A stretch of DNA of 63,995 bases, counting the filler, from Caldilineae bacterium (lineage in GTDB: Bacteria > Chloroflexota > Anaerolineae > DTLA01), in NCBI GenBank assembly GCA_037446815.1. It is 3 parts of 3 records of this genome, joined end to end, with 100 filler letters (N's around TTAATTAATTAA, not from the genome) between each part and the next. Parts side by side here need not be neighbours in the genome. Positions count along the whole stretch, not along the records: positions 1 to 27,129 come from JBBIHX010000027.1; positions 27,230 to 54,321 come from JBBIHX010000028.1; 1 more part is not named here. The stretch is one strand, 5' to 3'. The notes under the pieces are model-generated. The model saw nothing but the letters and a program-made list of their open reading frames with translations. It made no database searches and was not told where the DNA came from. Of this stretch, positions 18,664 to 27,395 are shown piece by piece. Positions within the stretch are counted from its first letter, which is position 1. Each line of letters begins with the position of its first letter. Both the position numbers and the translations under genes were made by a program.

Positions 18664-20577
18664 TCAAGGAATCACGGGGATGCCCACGCACACCGAATCC
18701 AAGCCCAGGTACTTCAGCGTGCTTTGCCGCGGGATGCTGGTCTCCAAGTCCCACCCGTGCGCCGTGTAGTACTGGTCCAGCAGGTTCTCCAGCATGGCCG
18801 CATCGGTGATCATCCCCTTGTTGGGGCCGCTTGGCACCGGCTCGTTCATCATCCGCCACGGCAGGCGATCGTCCTTGCGGCGCGCACCCTCACGCACGTT
18901 GAAGCACTTCTCAATCGTAACCATGCGGCGTGCCGCCAGCATCAACTCGTCTTCGGAGTACGGCACGCCCACGGCCAGGCTGAACATCTGCGCCATGTTC
19001 TCCGGATTCACGGCGAAGGCGGCGGTGGACGTGAACACGCAGAAGCCCAGGGCCTCGCTCGCGCCGTAACACTGCTCGTGCCACAGGACGATCTCGGCGC
19101 GCTTCTCCGTCAGGCGCGGGTCGGCGTACTTCTCGTCGCCGGTAACCTTGCGGATCACATCCCGCGCCTCTTGCGTGAACCCGAATTCCGCGTAGGTCTC
19201 CGTCATCAGGTGATCGGGGCCGCGCGGGTTCACGGCGAACGCCAGCGCGTAACTCTTGGCGGCGCGGGTATCCACCGCCGACTGCTCCAGCCCCTTGGCC
19301 TGGATGGCCCACTTCCACGAATCGCCGCCGATTTCCTCCGCCGCCGCCCGCGTCCCTTCCGCCAGCAGGTCGCCCAGAAGCCCCTCGCGGTGGGCGATGC
19401 GTTGAATCAGGGCCAGTTGCGCCTCGGCGTTCCCAAAGCGCAGGTCAAGCCCGTCCGCCTGCTCCGGCGAGATGAGGCCCCGCTCGTAGGTCTCCATGGC
19501 CCACGAGATGACATGCCCCGTGGAGATGGTATCCATGCCCAAATCGTTGCACAGTTGATTGGCCTTGAGCACGGCCTCAATGTCGGTGATGCCGCACTCG
19601 GCGCCCAGGCTCATCACCGTCTCCAGTTCCGGGCCGGAATCAAACACGCCGCCCCACCTCGCAGACTCGCTCCGCACGAACCGATGGCACGCCGTGGAGC
19701 AAGAGAAGCACGACTCGCGCCCGATCAAGTACCCCTGATCCTCCAGGTACTGACCGCTGAGCCGCTCGCCGTGCTCAATGGTAACGCGGCTGAAGTTGTA
19801 CGCCGCCAGCATCCCCATCTCGTTCAGGCCGGGGATAGACCCCGCGGTGCCCCAGTTGTACAGGCTGTGCGAACCCGCATCCGCCGCCAGGGCCCCGCGT
19901 ACCTTCCGCGCCAACGCGAAGAACTCCTTGCCCTTGGCAGGCCGAAGCCCGCCCGTACCCCTGGCGGCGATGGCCTTGAGTTTCTTGCTGCCGAAGACGG
20001 CGCCGATGCCGCCGCGCGAAGCCGAGTTGTATCGCGAGACCATGAAGCAGGCGAACTTCACCTTGTTCTCGGCGGCCGGGCCGATGATGCCGGTGTGGAT
20101 GGTCGGGTCGCCGACTTCTTCCTTGATGAGGTCATCCACCTCGCGCGTGCCCTTGCCCCATAGGTGCTCGGCGGGGCGCAGTTCCACCTTCTCATCGTCA
20201 ATCCACAGATACACGGGGTTCGGCGACACGCCGTGAATCATCACGTAGTCGTAGCCGGCGTACTTGATGGCCGCTCCCAGATGGCCGCCGACGCTCACCT
20301 TGAGGTACAGCCCCGTGGCCGGGCTTTTCGTCGTGATGGACGAGCGTCCCGAGGACGGCGCGCTGGTTCCCGTCAGCGTCCCCGTGCTGAAAATCAGCAC
20401 GTTGTCCGGCCCCAGCGGGTCGGCCCCCGCAGGCACCTGTTCGTAGAGCCACTTCGCCGCCAGCCCGCGCCCGCCCAGGTACTTCCGCAAATCCTCCAGC
20501 GGGACATCTTCAACCCACGTCTCGCGGGTGGACAGGTTCACGTGCAACACTCGCTGCTTGGCAATATCGCGAAGCAT
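18664..20577 (-). CDS. Aldehyde:ferredoxin oxidoreductase family (tungstopterin) large subunit
   Basis: GGRGLA, KSPATG, RGGIGAVFGSKKLKAI, CFSCSTAC, PELET, LGMDTIS, DDRLP. Confidence 0.92.
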   Translation of the reverse strand: MLRDIAKQRVLHVNLSTRETWVEDVPLEDLRKYLGGRGLAAKWLYEQVPAGADPLGPDNVLIFSTGTLTGTSAPSSGRSSITTKSPATGLYLKVSVGGHLGAAIKYAGYDYVMIHGVSPNPVYLWIDDEKVELRPAEHLWGKGTREVDDLIKEEVGDPTIHTGIIGPAAENKVKFACFMVSRYNSASRGGIGAVFGSKKLKAIAARGTGGLRPAKGKEFFALARKVRGALAADAGSHSLYNWGTAGSIPGLNEMGMLAAYNFSRVTIEHGERLSGQYLEDQGYLIGRESCFSCSTACHRFVRSESARWGGVFDSGPELETVMSLGAECGITDIEAVLKANQLCNDLGMDTISTGHVISWAMETYERGLISPEQADGLDLRFGNAEAQLALIQRIAHREGLLGDLLAEGTRAAAEEIGGDSWKWAIQAKGLEQSAVDTRAAKSYALAFAVNPRGPDHLMTETYAEFGFTQEARDVIRKVTGDEKYADPRLTEKRAEIVLWHEQCYGASEALGFCVFTSTAAFAVNPENMAQMFSLAVGVPYSEDELMLAARRMVTIEKCFNVREGARRKDDRLPWRMMNEPVPSGPNKGMITDAAMLENLLDQYYTAHGWDLETSIPRQSTLKYLGLDSVCVGIPVIP

Positions 20578-20587
20578 GTTCCCCCTC

Positions 20588-21076
20588 CTATCGGCTTCGG
20601 TACTGTGCCACCACCGTATGCGCGTGGGCCAGCCGTTTCACCTGCGCCGTAGGCATCGGCTGGGCAAACGACAGCGCGCCGTAGATGCAGTGATCTACGC
20701 AGACTGGCTTGCCATCGCACAGGTCGCACATCATGGCCACGCCCCGCTCCTCGTTCATGTCCGCCGCGCCGAACGGGCAGGCGCGGACGCAATCGCCGCA
20801 CCCGATGCACTCGTCCTCGTCAATCCGCACCACCGGCACCGATGCATCCCTGCGCACGGCTCCGGTGGGGCACGCGGCAATGCACGGCGCGTCCAGGCAG
20901 TTCACACACACCACCGGCACATTCATGCCCAGATCGTGCAGTTGCATGACCCGAATGCGTGAAAGGCTTGGGGCGAAAACGCCCTCCTTCGTGAACGAAC
21001 AGGCCAGTTCGCACGCCTTGCACGCGGTGCACTTCGCCGCATTGATCTGAATGTTCACAATGTGCGCCTCAACCAT
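20588..21076 (-). CDS. 4Fe-4S dicluster ferredoxin-like subunit (DmsB/HydN-type)
   Basis: CTACKACELAC, CVNCLDAPCIAACP, CIGCGDCVRACP, CDLCDGKPVCVDHC. Confidence 0.9.
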   Translation of the reverse strand: MVEAHIVNIQINAAKCTACKACELACSFTKEGVFAPSLSRIRVMQLHDLGMNVPVVCVNCLDAPCIAACPTGAVRRDASVPVVRIDEDECIGCGDCVRACPFGAADMNEERGVAMMCDLCDGKPVCVDHCIYGALSFAQPMPTAQVKRLAHAHTVVAQYRSR

Positions 21077-21081
21077 ACCGC

Positions 21082-21840
21082 CTACTCCTTTCCTTGTGCC
21101 TCTCCCGCATCGTCCGACGGTTTCTCCAGCCGCTCCAGGAAGATGCTGTAGCCGCCATCCGCGGCCAGTTCGCGGTACAGGGACTGCCCGCCAGCCCGCA
21201 CGAGGAGCGCCATCTGGGCCACCCGCTTGCCCAGGCTTCGGGCTGCCCGCACCGTAATCCGCGCGTCTTCATCGCCCTGTTCCACGAGCCTACGCAGCGA
21301 ATTCTTGCGGTCGCCGCACCGCGTCCAGCCTGCCGCCGCGATGTACGACTCCCACGGGTCGCCGGTTACCGGAATCCCGCCCATGACCAAAGCGTGATGA
21401 ATCAACTGCGTTGCCGCCTGCTCCTGGCCCGCGAAGATGTGCGCACCCTGGACGATGATGCCGATGACCCGCAGGCTCTTCGCCACCACCCCACCGTAGT
21501 AACTCCACAGGCTATTGCCCAGCCGGTCAATGAAGCACTTGAGTTGCCCGGGAATCCCCAGATGGTACACGGGTATGGAATAGATGATCGCGTCGGCGGC
21601 CGCCCACTTGTCGCGGAGCATCGCGAAATCGTCTTGGATAAAACATTCGCCGTTCCGCTTGCCGCACGTGTAACAGGACATGCACGGGCCAATCTTCAGC
21701 CTGGCCAGGCTCACCACCTCCGCCTGCATTCGGTCGCCCAGGGCCTTTTGGGCTTCCTCCAGGGCGATGTCCAGCAGGTACCGGCTGTTGCCGGTCGGGC
21801 GCGGACTGCCGCAGATGCCCAGCACCGACAGCGGCTTCAT
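21082..21840 (-). CDS. Iron-sulfur flavoprotein / NADPH-dependent FMN reductase family
   Basis: GSPRPTGNS, CMSCYTC...C, PVY, LKCFIDR. Its ATG overlaps the eda stop. Confidence 0.87.
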   Translation of the reverse strand: MKPLSVLGICGSPRPTGNSRYLLDIALEEAQKALGDRMQAEVVSLARLKIGPCMSCYTCGKRNGECFIQDDFAMLRDKWAAADAIIYSIPVYHLGIPGQLKCFIDRLGNSLWSYYGGVVAKSLRVIGIIVQGAHIFAGQEQAATQLIHHALVMGGIPVTGDPWESYIAAAGWTRCGDRKNSLRRLVEQGDEDARITVRAARSLGKRVAQMALLVRAGGQSLYRELAADGGYSIFLERLEKPSDDAGEAQGKE

Positions 21841-22493
21841 CCCGTTGCTCCTGCCCGCGCGGCGCGGACGGTCTCCGCCAAACGGCGGGCCGCGTCGGTC
21901 ATCTTGGCGAAATCGCCCGCGGCTACCCACTTCTTGTTGACCAGGCTGCCGCCAACGGCCACAGCCACCGCTCCCGCCCGGATGTAGTCGCCCGCGTTCT
22001 CCGCCTCCACGCCGCCGGTCGGAACCAGAGGAGCCTGGGGCAAGGGCGCGCGCACCGCCTTGATGTAGTCAGGCCCGCCCAGCGACGCCGGGAAGACCTT
22101 GATAAGGTCAGCCCCGGCCTCCATCGCCGCGACGATCTCCGTGGGCGTCAGCACTCCGGGCACCGCCACCGCTCCATACCGGTGGCATAGCTCTATCGTC
22201 TTGGGGTTCAGGTTGGGCGACACAATGAACCGCGCGCCAGCCAGCACCGCCGCCCGCGCCGACTCGGGGTCCAGCACCGTGCCCGCGCCAAGAACGACAC
22301 GGTCGCCGAACTTCGCCGTCGCCGACTCCAAAATGCCCAGCGCGCCCGGCGTGGTCATGGTGAACTCAATGATGTCAATCCCGCCCTCCTGAATGGCATC
22401 GGCCACCTTCTGAAGCGACTCGGCGCTGTCCAGCCGCACGATGGCGATGACGCCGGTGCGGAGGATGCGGGCAACTACGTCCTGCTTGAACAT
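21837..22493 (-). CDS. eda: KDPG/KHG aldolase
   Basis: IEFTMTTP, GAGTVLD, FIVSP, TPTEI, KVFPA, PTGGV. Confidence 0.92.
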   Translation of the reverse strand: MFKQDVVARILRTGVIAIVRLDSAESLQKVADAIQEGGIDIIEFTMTTPGALGILESATAKFGDRVVLGAGTVLDPESARAAVLAGARFIVSPNLNPKTIELCHRYGAVAVPGVLTPTEIVAAMEAGADLIKVFPASLGGPDYIKAVRAPLPQAPLVPTGGVEAENAGDYIRAGAVAVAVGGSLVNKKWVAAGDFAKMTDAARRLAETVRAARAGATG

Positions 22494-22502
22494 GCTTCCC
22501 TC

Positions 22503-23486
22503 CTAACGGGCGATGCGCAACCCCGACCCTTTGAGCAGCGTCTCCACTTCAGCGCGGGTCGCCCAGTTGAAATCGCCCCACGATGTCTGCTTGAGCACGG
22601 AGAAGGCATTGCCGTACCGCACGCCGGCAGCCACTCCCTGCGTCAGGTACCCGTACAAGAATCCGGCCGTGTACGCGTCGCCGCCGCCGACGCGGTCCAC
22701 AATCTCAATCTCGTACACGCGGTCGTCGTACACGTTGCCTTCCCGATCCACCGCGATGGCCGTCCACGTGTTGCGCCAGACCGAGGGCGTCTCCCGCAGC
22801 GTGATGGTAACAACCTTGAACCCAAAGCGGTCAATCAGTTGGCGGGCCACGTCCACGTAGGAATCGGCCTTCACCCCGAACACTTTCTCGGTATCCTCTT
22901 CAGTCGTGCTGAGAATATCCACCATCGCCATAAGCGGCTCCTGCACCTGACGAGCCTTCTCGGCGCTCCACAGTTTGGCGCGGTAGTTGAGGTCATAACT
23001 GACTAGGCACCCGTTGCGCTTGGCGGCTTCCATGGCCTCGGCGACGACGGCCGCCGCCGAATCGCTGAGGGCCGGCGTGATGCCCGTCGTGTGGAACAGG
23101 CGCGCCCCTCGCAGCACGTCATCCCACTTGACTTCGCCAGGCCGAATGCGGCTTATGGCCGAGCCCTCGCGGTCGTACAGCACCGAACTGGCCCGAGGAG
23201 CCGCGCCGTACTCCACGAAATACAGCCCCATGCGGTCTTCCGAAGTCCACACAATATGCGACGTGTCCACGCCGAACTCGTTGGCCTTGTTCCGGGCCAT
23301 GCGCCCCAGCGGGTTGTCGGGAAGTCGGCTCACCCACGCCGCCTTCAAACCCAGGCGGGCGACCCCTGTAGCCACGTTCAGTTCCGCGCCGCCCACCGTT
23401 ACCGCCAGCGACGTTACTTGCTCCAAACGCTGGAATCCTGGAGCCGCCAGGCGAATCATCGTCTCGCCGAACGTAACGACATCCAT
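22503..23486 (-). CDS. kdgK: 2-keto-3-deoxygluconate kinase (PfkB family)
   Basis: FGETMIRL, GGAELNVA, YDR, TGITPALS, DLNYRAKLW, DRVGGGDAY. Confidence 0.88.
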   Translation of the reverse strand: MDVVTFGETMIRLAAPGFQRLEQVTSLAVTVGGAELNVATGVARLGLKAAWVSRLPDNPLGRMARNKANEFGVDTSHIVWTSEDRMGLYFVEYGAAPRASSVLYDREGSAISRIRPGEVKWDDVLRGARLFHTTGITPALSDSAAAVVAEAMEAAKRNGCLVSYDLNYRAKLWSAEKARQVQEPLMAMVDILSTTEEDTEKVFGVKADSYVDVARQLIDRFGFKVVTITLRETPSVWRNTWTAIAVDREGNVYDDRVYEIEIVDRVGGGDAYTAGFLYGYLTQGVAAGVRYGNAFSVLKQTSWGDFNWATRAEVETLLKGSGLRIAR

Positions 23487-23515
23487 CTCGTCATGCCTCC
23501 GCGGATTGTTATTCC

Positions 23516-24364
23516 CTATGCGGGGTGTAGCACCCCAGCCCGCCGTGCCGACTCGCTCGCAGGCGCGGCGCCCAGCTGGCGGCTGGCCATCTTGCCCACC
23601 GCCAGGACGCGCTCCACCAGCCCGTCATCCCGAATCGCGCGGGTCATCCGGTCCACCGGCCCCGAAACGCTGATGGCTGCCACCGCCATTTGCAGGTGGT
23701 TCCACAGCGGGATGGCAACGCACATCACATCATCCTCGTGCTCGGCGTTGTCCAGCGCGTACCCGCGCTCACGGACGCTCTCCAACTCGCCCATCAGGGC
23801 ATCCACCGTTGTGATGGTATTCGCCGTGAAGCGCTTCAGGCCGCTCCTGGAGAAGAACGCGCGCACAACCGCAGGGTCCTGATACGCCAAGAGCGCCTTG
23901 CCCACCGCAGTGCAATACGCAGGCGACCGCCCCCCGACGCGCGAACTCATCAGCCCGATGGGCTGAAGTCCCTCCAGTTTCTCCAGATAGATGACTTCCA
24001 TCGTGCGGGGGTCCAGCACGGTCAGGTGCACCGTCTCTCGGGTCGCATCCCGCAAGTCCACGAGGAAGGGATACACGCGCTCGCGCACGTTGAGGTGCGC
24101 CAGGAATGTGCTGGTGGGGCGCAGAACAGCCACCCCGACGCGATAGCGCCCGGTGGCCTCGTCGTGCTCCACGTACCCTCGGCTCTGCAAAGTCGCCAGG
24201 AGGCGAAACGTCGTGCTGGGATTCAATCCCACCCGCTCGCTAACCTCCATCAGCGAAAGCGCTGGGTTCTCTGCCGAGAATGCCTCCAGCACGTCCAGTG
24301 CCCGCAGCACCGCGCGAACATGGTACCTTTCGTTATCTGTGGATTCCGTCTGCATCGGCCTCAT
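23516..24364 (-). CDS. IclR-family transcriptional regulator
   Basis: N-terminal HTH (RALDVLEAF...STTFRLLATL), ETVHL, CTAVGKALLA, RERGYALDNAE. Confidence 0.93.
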   Translation of the reverse strand: MRPMQTESTDNERYHVRAVLRALDVLEAFSAENPALSLMEVSERVGLNPSTTFRLLATLQSRGYVEHDEATGRYRVGVAVLRPTSTFLAHLNVRERVYPFLVDLRDATRETVHLTVLDPRTMEVIYLEKLEGLQPIGLMSSRVGGRSPAYCTAVGKALLAYQDPAVVRAFFSRSGLKRFTANTITTVDALMGELESVRERGYALDNAEHEDDVMCVAIPLWNHLQMAVAAISVSGPVDRMTRAIRDDGLVERVLAVGKMASRQLGAAPASESARRAGVLHPA

Positions 24365-25509
24365 TCGTCTCCGATAGGATAGCGCCCGTATTTCTGCGCC
24401 GCCTCAAACATGGCAAAGAGGTTCTCCAGCGGCACGTTGGGCTGGATATTGTGCACCGAGTTCAGGATGTATCCGCCGCCCGGCGCGAACACGCGAATCT
24501 TGCGTTTGACTTCCTCTTCCACGTCCCGCGGCGTGCCGAAGGGCAACACGCGGATGGCGTCAATCCCGCCCCAGAACGTGAGCCGGTCGCCGTAGTCTCG
24601 CTTGAGCCGCTCCGGCTCCATCTTCGCCGCATCGGTCTGCACGGGGTTCAGGGCATCCACGCCCATCTCAATCAGGTCATCCAGCAGGTCGTACACCGAG
24701 CCGCACGTATGCCACATGACCGGCGCCTGCGTGCGCGACTTGATGGCCTCCATCAGGCGTGCGTGGCGCGGCTTGATGAGTTTGCGGTACAATTCGGGGC
24801 GGACGCACGTCCGGTCTTGGTGCCCCATGTCATCCGACACCGACACCACGTCCACCAAGTCGCCCACCTCGTCCAGCACATCCTCCACCACGCCGAGGAG
24901 CGACTCGGTGATGGCGTCAAAGATCGCCTCCATCAGGCGCGGCTGGGCGATGAGGTCCACGAACCAGTCCTCAAACCCGCGCACGAACTGGCTGCACTGC
25001 AGCACCCAGATGGAGAGGTTGAGCACGAGGGCACGGTCGGTGGATTCGCGCTGCTTCCGGACGCGCTCGCGCAATCCGCGCGTGTAGCCCGGGTCATGGG
25101 GGTCGGGCCAGGGGTGATTCAGCACGTCGTGAATCGTGATCTCGCCGCCAAGGGGTGGCTTCAGCATGTCAAAGTAGTGGGATGTCGGCGGCTTGTGCCA
25201 GGTAATGCCCCACGAATCGCGGTACACATTCTCGCCCAGTTCCACGAACTGGTTTCGCTCCAGTTCCGGCGGGCCGTAGAAGACGCCCACGGTGTCCACG
25301 TGAAACGCATCCAGGATGCGCTCGTCCACCATGCACACCTGCTGCGAGCGTTCCATCACCACGGTGGGGCTATCAATGCCAAAATGGCGCTTCAATTCCT
25401 CATACTTCGGGATCGTGATGGTCGTAATCCACGTGCTGCCGAAATCCACAGGGACACGGTCGGGTTCCCTGTGCGCAAGGGCGGTCAGAACGCGCTCACG
25501 ACTGTTCAT
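24361..25509 (-). CDS. Uroporphyrinogen decarboxylase / MtaA-CmuA superfamily protein (second paralog)
   Basis: SRERVLTALAHREPDRVPVD, DSWGI, DDMG, WHTCG, FWGGID, HNIQ. Confidence 0.87.
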   Translation of the reverse strand: MNSRERVLTALAHREPDRVPVDFGSTWITTITIPKYEELKRHFGIDSPTVVMERSQQVCMVDERILDAFHVDTVGVFYGPPELERNQFVELGENVYRDSWGITWHKPPTSHYFDMLKPPLGGEITIHDVLNHPWPDPHDPGYTRGLRERVRKQRESTDRALVLNLSIWVLQCSQFVRGFEDWFVDLIAQPRLMEAIFDAITESLLGVVEDVLDEVGDLVDVVSVSDDMGHQDRTCVRPELYRKLIKPRHARLMEAIKSRTQAPVMWHTCGSVYDLLDDLIEMGVDALNPVQTDAAKMEPERLKRDYGDRLTFWGGIDAIRVLPFGTPRDVEEEVKRKIRVFAPGGGYILNSVHNIQPNVPLENLFAMFEAAQKYGRYPIGDE

Positions 25510-26633
25510 CGCGCCAACTCCTCCATAGGGCGATAGGCCAGGTCTGGGCGGCCATACCGTGCGGGGCTGAACGCCTTGGCCCCAACCTCGCTGCGCACCG
25601 CTTCGCGAAGCCGCGGATGGCATGGCACGCCCACCAGCGCCACCGACGTCCCCGCCTTCAGTTCCACGCTCATCAAACCGCGCCCGGTGGCGGGGTCCAG
25701 CAGCAGCACCAGGTCGGGGAACATCACCCGCACCTTGCCATCAATCTCCAGGAGCATCGTCTCGTTCTTGATGACGAGCCGCGCGGTACGGCCATCGCTC
25801 GCATTCTTGCCCTGGACTGTGGCCGTGGTGAAGTAGAACCCGAGTTTCTCTTCCTCGTCCAGGCGGGTGATCTCCCCCACAAAGAGGAGCACCCCTCCGA
25901 TCTCCGTCGCCACAGCCGCAATCGGATCGGCACCCCGCTGGCGCGCCGCCTGGACGACACGTCCCAGGTGCAGGGCCTTGCTGATGGTGCCTGGGACGAC
26001 CGCGCCCTTGGCCTGGCGCCCCGTCATGGGGTAGTGATTGTTCGCCCCCAACCCCCCGCCGTTTGTAACGACCCATCGCCCCAATTGGTCGGGGTACGTC
26101 GGGTCCACGGCGCTCTGGACGATGACCACGTTGCCGTTGTAGTCAATGAGGGGCATGGGCGTGAGGGACACCCCATGCCCGATGAAGCTGGTCATCTGGG
26201 TCTCCGGCGCGGACCGGCCCAGCGCGTCGCCGTCAATGATGGGGATGCCCAGCCGCGCCCCTAGTGAAAGCACGACCGGCGTGTTCAGCCCGCCTACCTC
26301 AAACGGCACCATGTGGTCAATCTTCCTGCCGAGGATGCCTTCCATCACGCGAGTTACGGCCTCCAGTTCAAACTGCTCCTCCCAATGCGCCATGATGGCC
26401 TCGGTGCCGAACTCCTCCAGCCGCTTGACCGAACCCATGATGCCGCCGGAGACGACCGTTGCATCGTCGGCGATTTCGTCCAGGGGAATGATATGGGGCT
26501 GGCGGCCATGGGCGAAGTCGTTCTGCATGATGGCCTTGCCCCATTCAGGGGATCCTCCGCCGCCCGTGCCGAGAATGGCCAGGCCCTCCAGGAGGGGGTC
26601 AATGTCCGCAGGGGTGAACGTGTAGATGGGCAT
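25506..26633 (-). CDS. DUF917 family protein
   Basis: GLAILGTGGGG, EVGGLN, DGDALGRSAPE, KNE, FPDL. First gene of the operon. Confidence 0.85.
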   Translation of the reverse strand: MPIYTFTPADIDPLLEGLAILGTGGGGSPEWGKAIMQNDFAHGRQPHIIPLDEIADDATVVSGGIMGSVKRLEEFGTEAIMAHWEEQFELEAVTRVMEGILGRKIDHMVPFEVGGLNTPVVLSLGARLGIPIIDGDALGRSAPETQMTSFIGHGVSLTPMPLIDYNGNVVIVQSAVDPTYPDQLGRWVVTNGGGLGANNHYPMTGRQAKGAVVPGTISKALHLGRVVQAARQRGADPIAAVATEIGGVLLFVGEITRLDEEEKLGFYFTTATVQGKNASDGRTARLVIKNETMLLEIDGKVRVMFPDLVLLLDPATGRGLMSVELKAGTSVALVGVPCHPRLREAVRSEVGAKAFSPARYGRPDLAYRPMEELAR

Positions 26634-26676
26634 GGGCAACCTCCGTTGGCAACGGTCCGCCGCACTGCGGCAGAAG

Positions 26677-26697
26677 GATTTTCGCACCACGAAAATC
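26677..26697. promoter_or_regulatory. Palindromic operator, candidate IclR site
   Basis: GATTTTCG-CACCA-CGAAAATC is a perfect 8-5-8 inverted repeat between the promoter and the first start codon. Confidence 0.6.
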
Positions 26698-26716
26698 GTT
26701 TTTACACTCTGATAAC

Positions 26717-26745
26717 AGTATACACAGAATTTCCCACGTTGTCAA
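26717..26745 (-). promoter_or_regulatory. sigma70 promoter of the DUF917...SDR operon
   Basis: TTGACA-17 nt-TATACT on the minus strand. Confidence 0.75.
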
Positions 26746-26846
26746 GATGCTGGGGCCAAAAAGACGCGGTTCCGAGGCGTCCTGTCGCCTGCTGTCATTC
26801 CGAGCGGCCAAGGGCGAAGAACCTCGCGCCCCGATTCGCGCAACCT

Positions 26847-27088
26847 GTGCTATCCGTGGATTAAGGGAGTGTCATTCTGAGGCGCGAAGCGCCGAAGAAT
26901 CTCGCCCCTCCCCTCACCCCAGCCCTCTCCCGAAGGGCGAGGGCGTATCGCCTTCGGCTCAGCATGACAGTCGGGGGGCCAACGTGCGACGCACCTCGGA
27001 GGTGCGTCGCACGTTTCCCCATTCGCGTCCATTCGCGTTATTCGCGGTTACAAGAAACTCTGCCGGCGGCGAAGCCGCGAGGAATCTC
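26847..27088 (+). repeat. 242-bp composite REP direct repeat, copy 2
   Basis: Identical to 9878-10119. Lies about 40 bp from the contig end. Confidence 0.92.
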
Positions 27089-27129
27089 ACGCCTGCGCGC
27101 ACAGTGTGCGGGCAACCGGCCAGTCGCCC

Positions 27130-27229
27130 NNNNNNNNNNNNNNNNNNNNNNNNNNNNNNNNNNNNNNNNNNNNTTAATTAATTAANNNNNNNNNNNNNNN
27201 NNNNNNNNNNNNNNNNNNNNNNNNNNNNN
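27130..27229. other. Artificial contig linker
   Basis: N-run containing TTAATTAATTAA (stop codons in all six frames). Confidence 0.98.
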
Positions 27230-27297
27230 GACACACGAGGAGAGTGCGCCTACGGTTCACCAACACAAGATGAAACCGACTCCCTGGGTCCAACCCT

Positions 27298-27326
27298 TTG
27301 CCAAACCCCGCCCGCGCGGGTATAAT
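27298..27326 (+). promoter_or_regulatory. Putative sigma70 promoter
   Basis: TTGCCA-17 nt-TATAAT upstream of 27396. Confidence 0.65.
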
Positions 27327-27395
27327 CCCGATAGCCTGGCAAGGCCCGTATGCGCGTGTCATGCGTTCGCGCAAACCATCGGCTCGGCGGGAGAG

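Noticed and set aside
27130..27229. TTAATTAATTAA palindrome within Ns (also at 54322-54421)
   Set aside because: Artificial six-frame-stop contig linker. Gene adjacency across it (for example selB next to the dehalogenase cluster) is not biological evidence.
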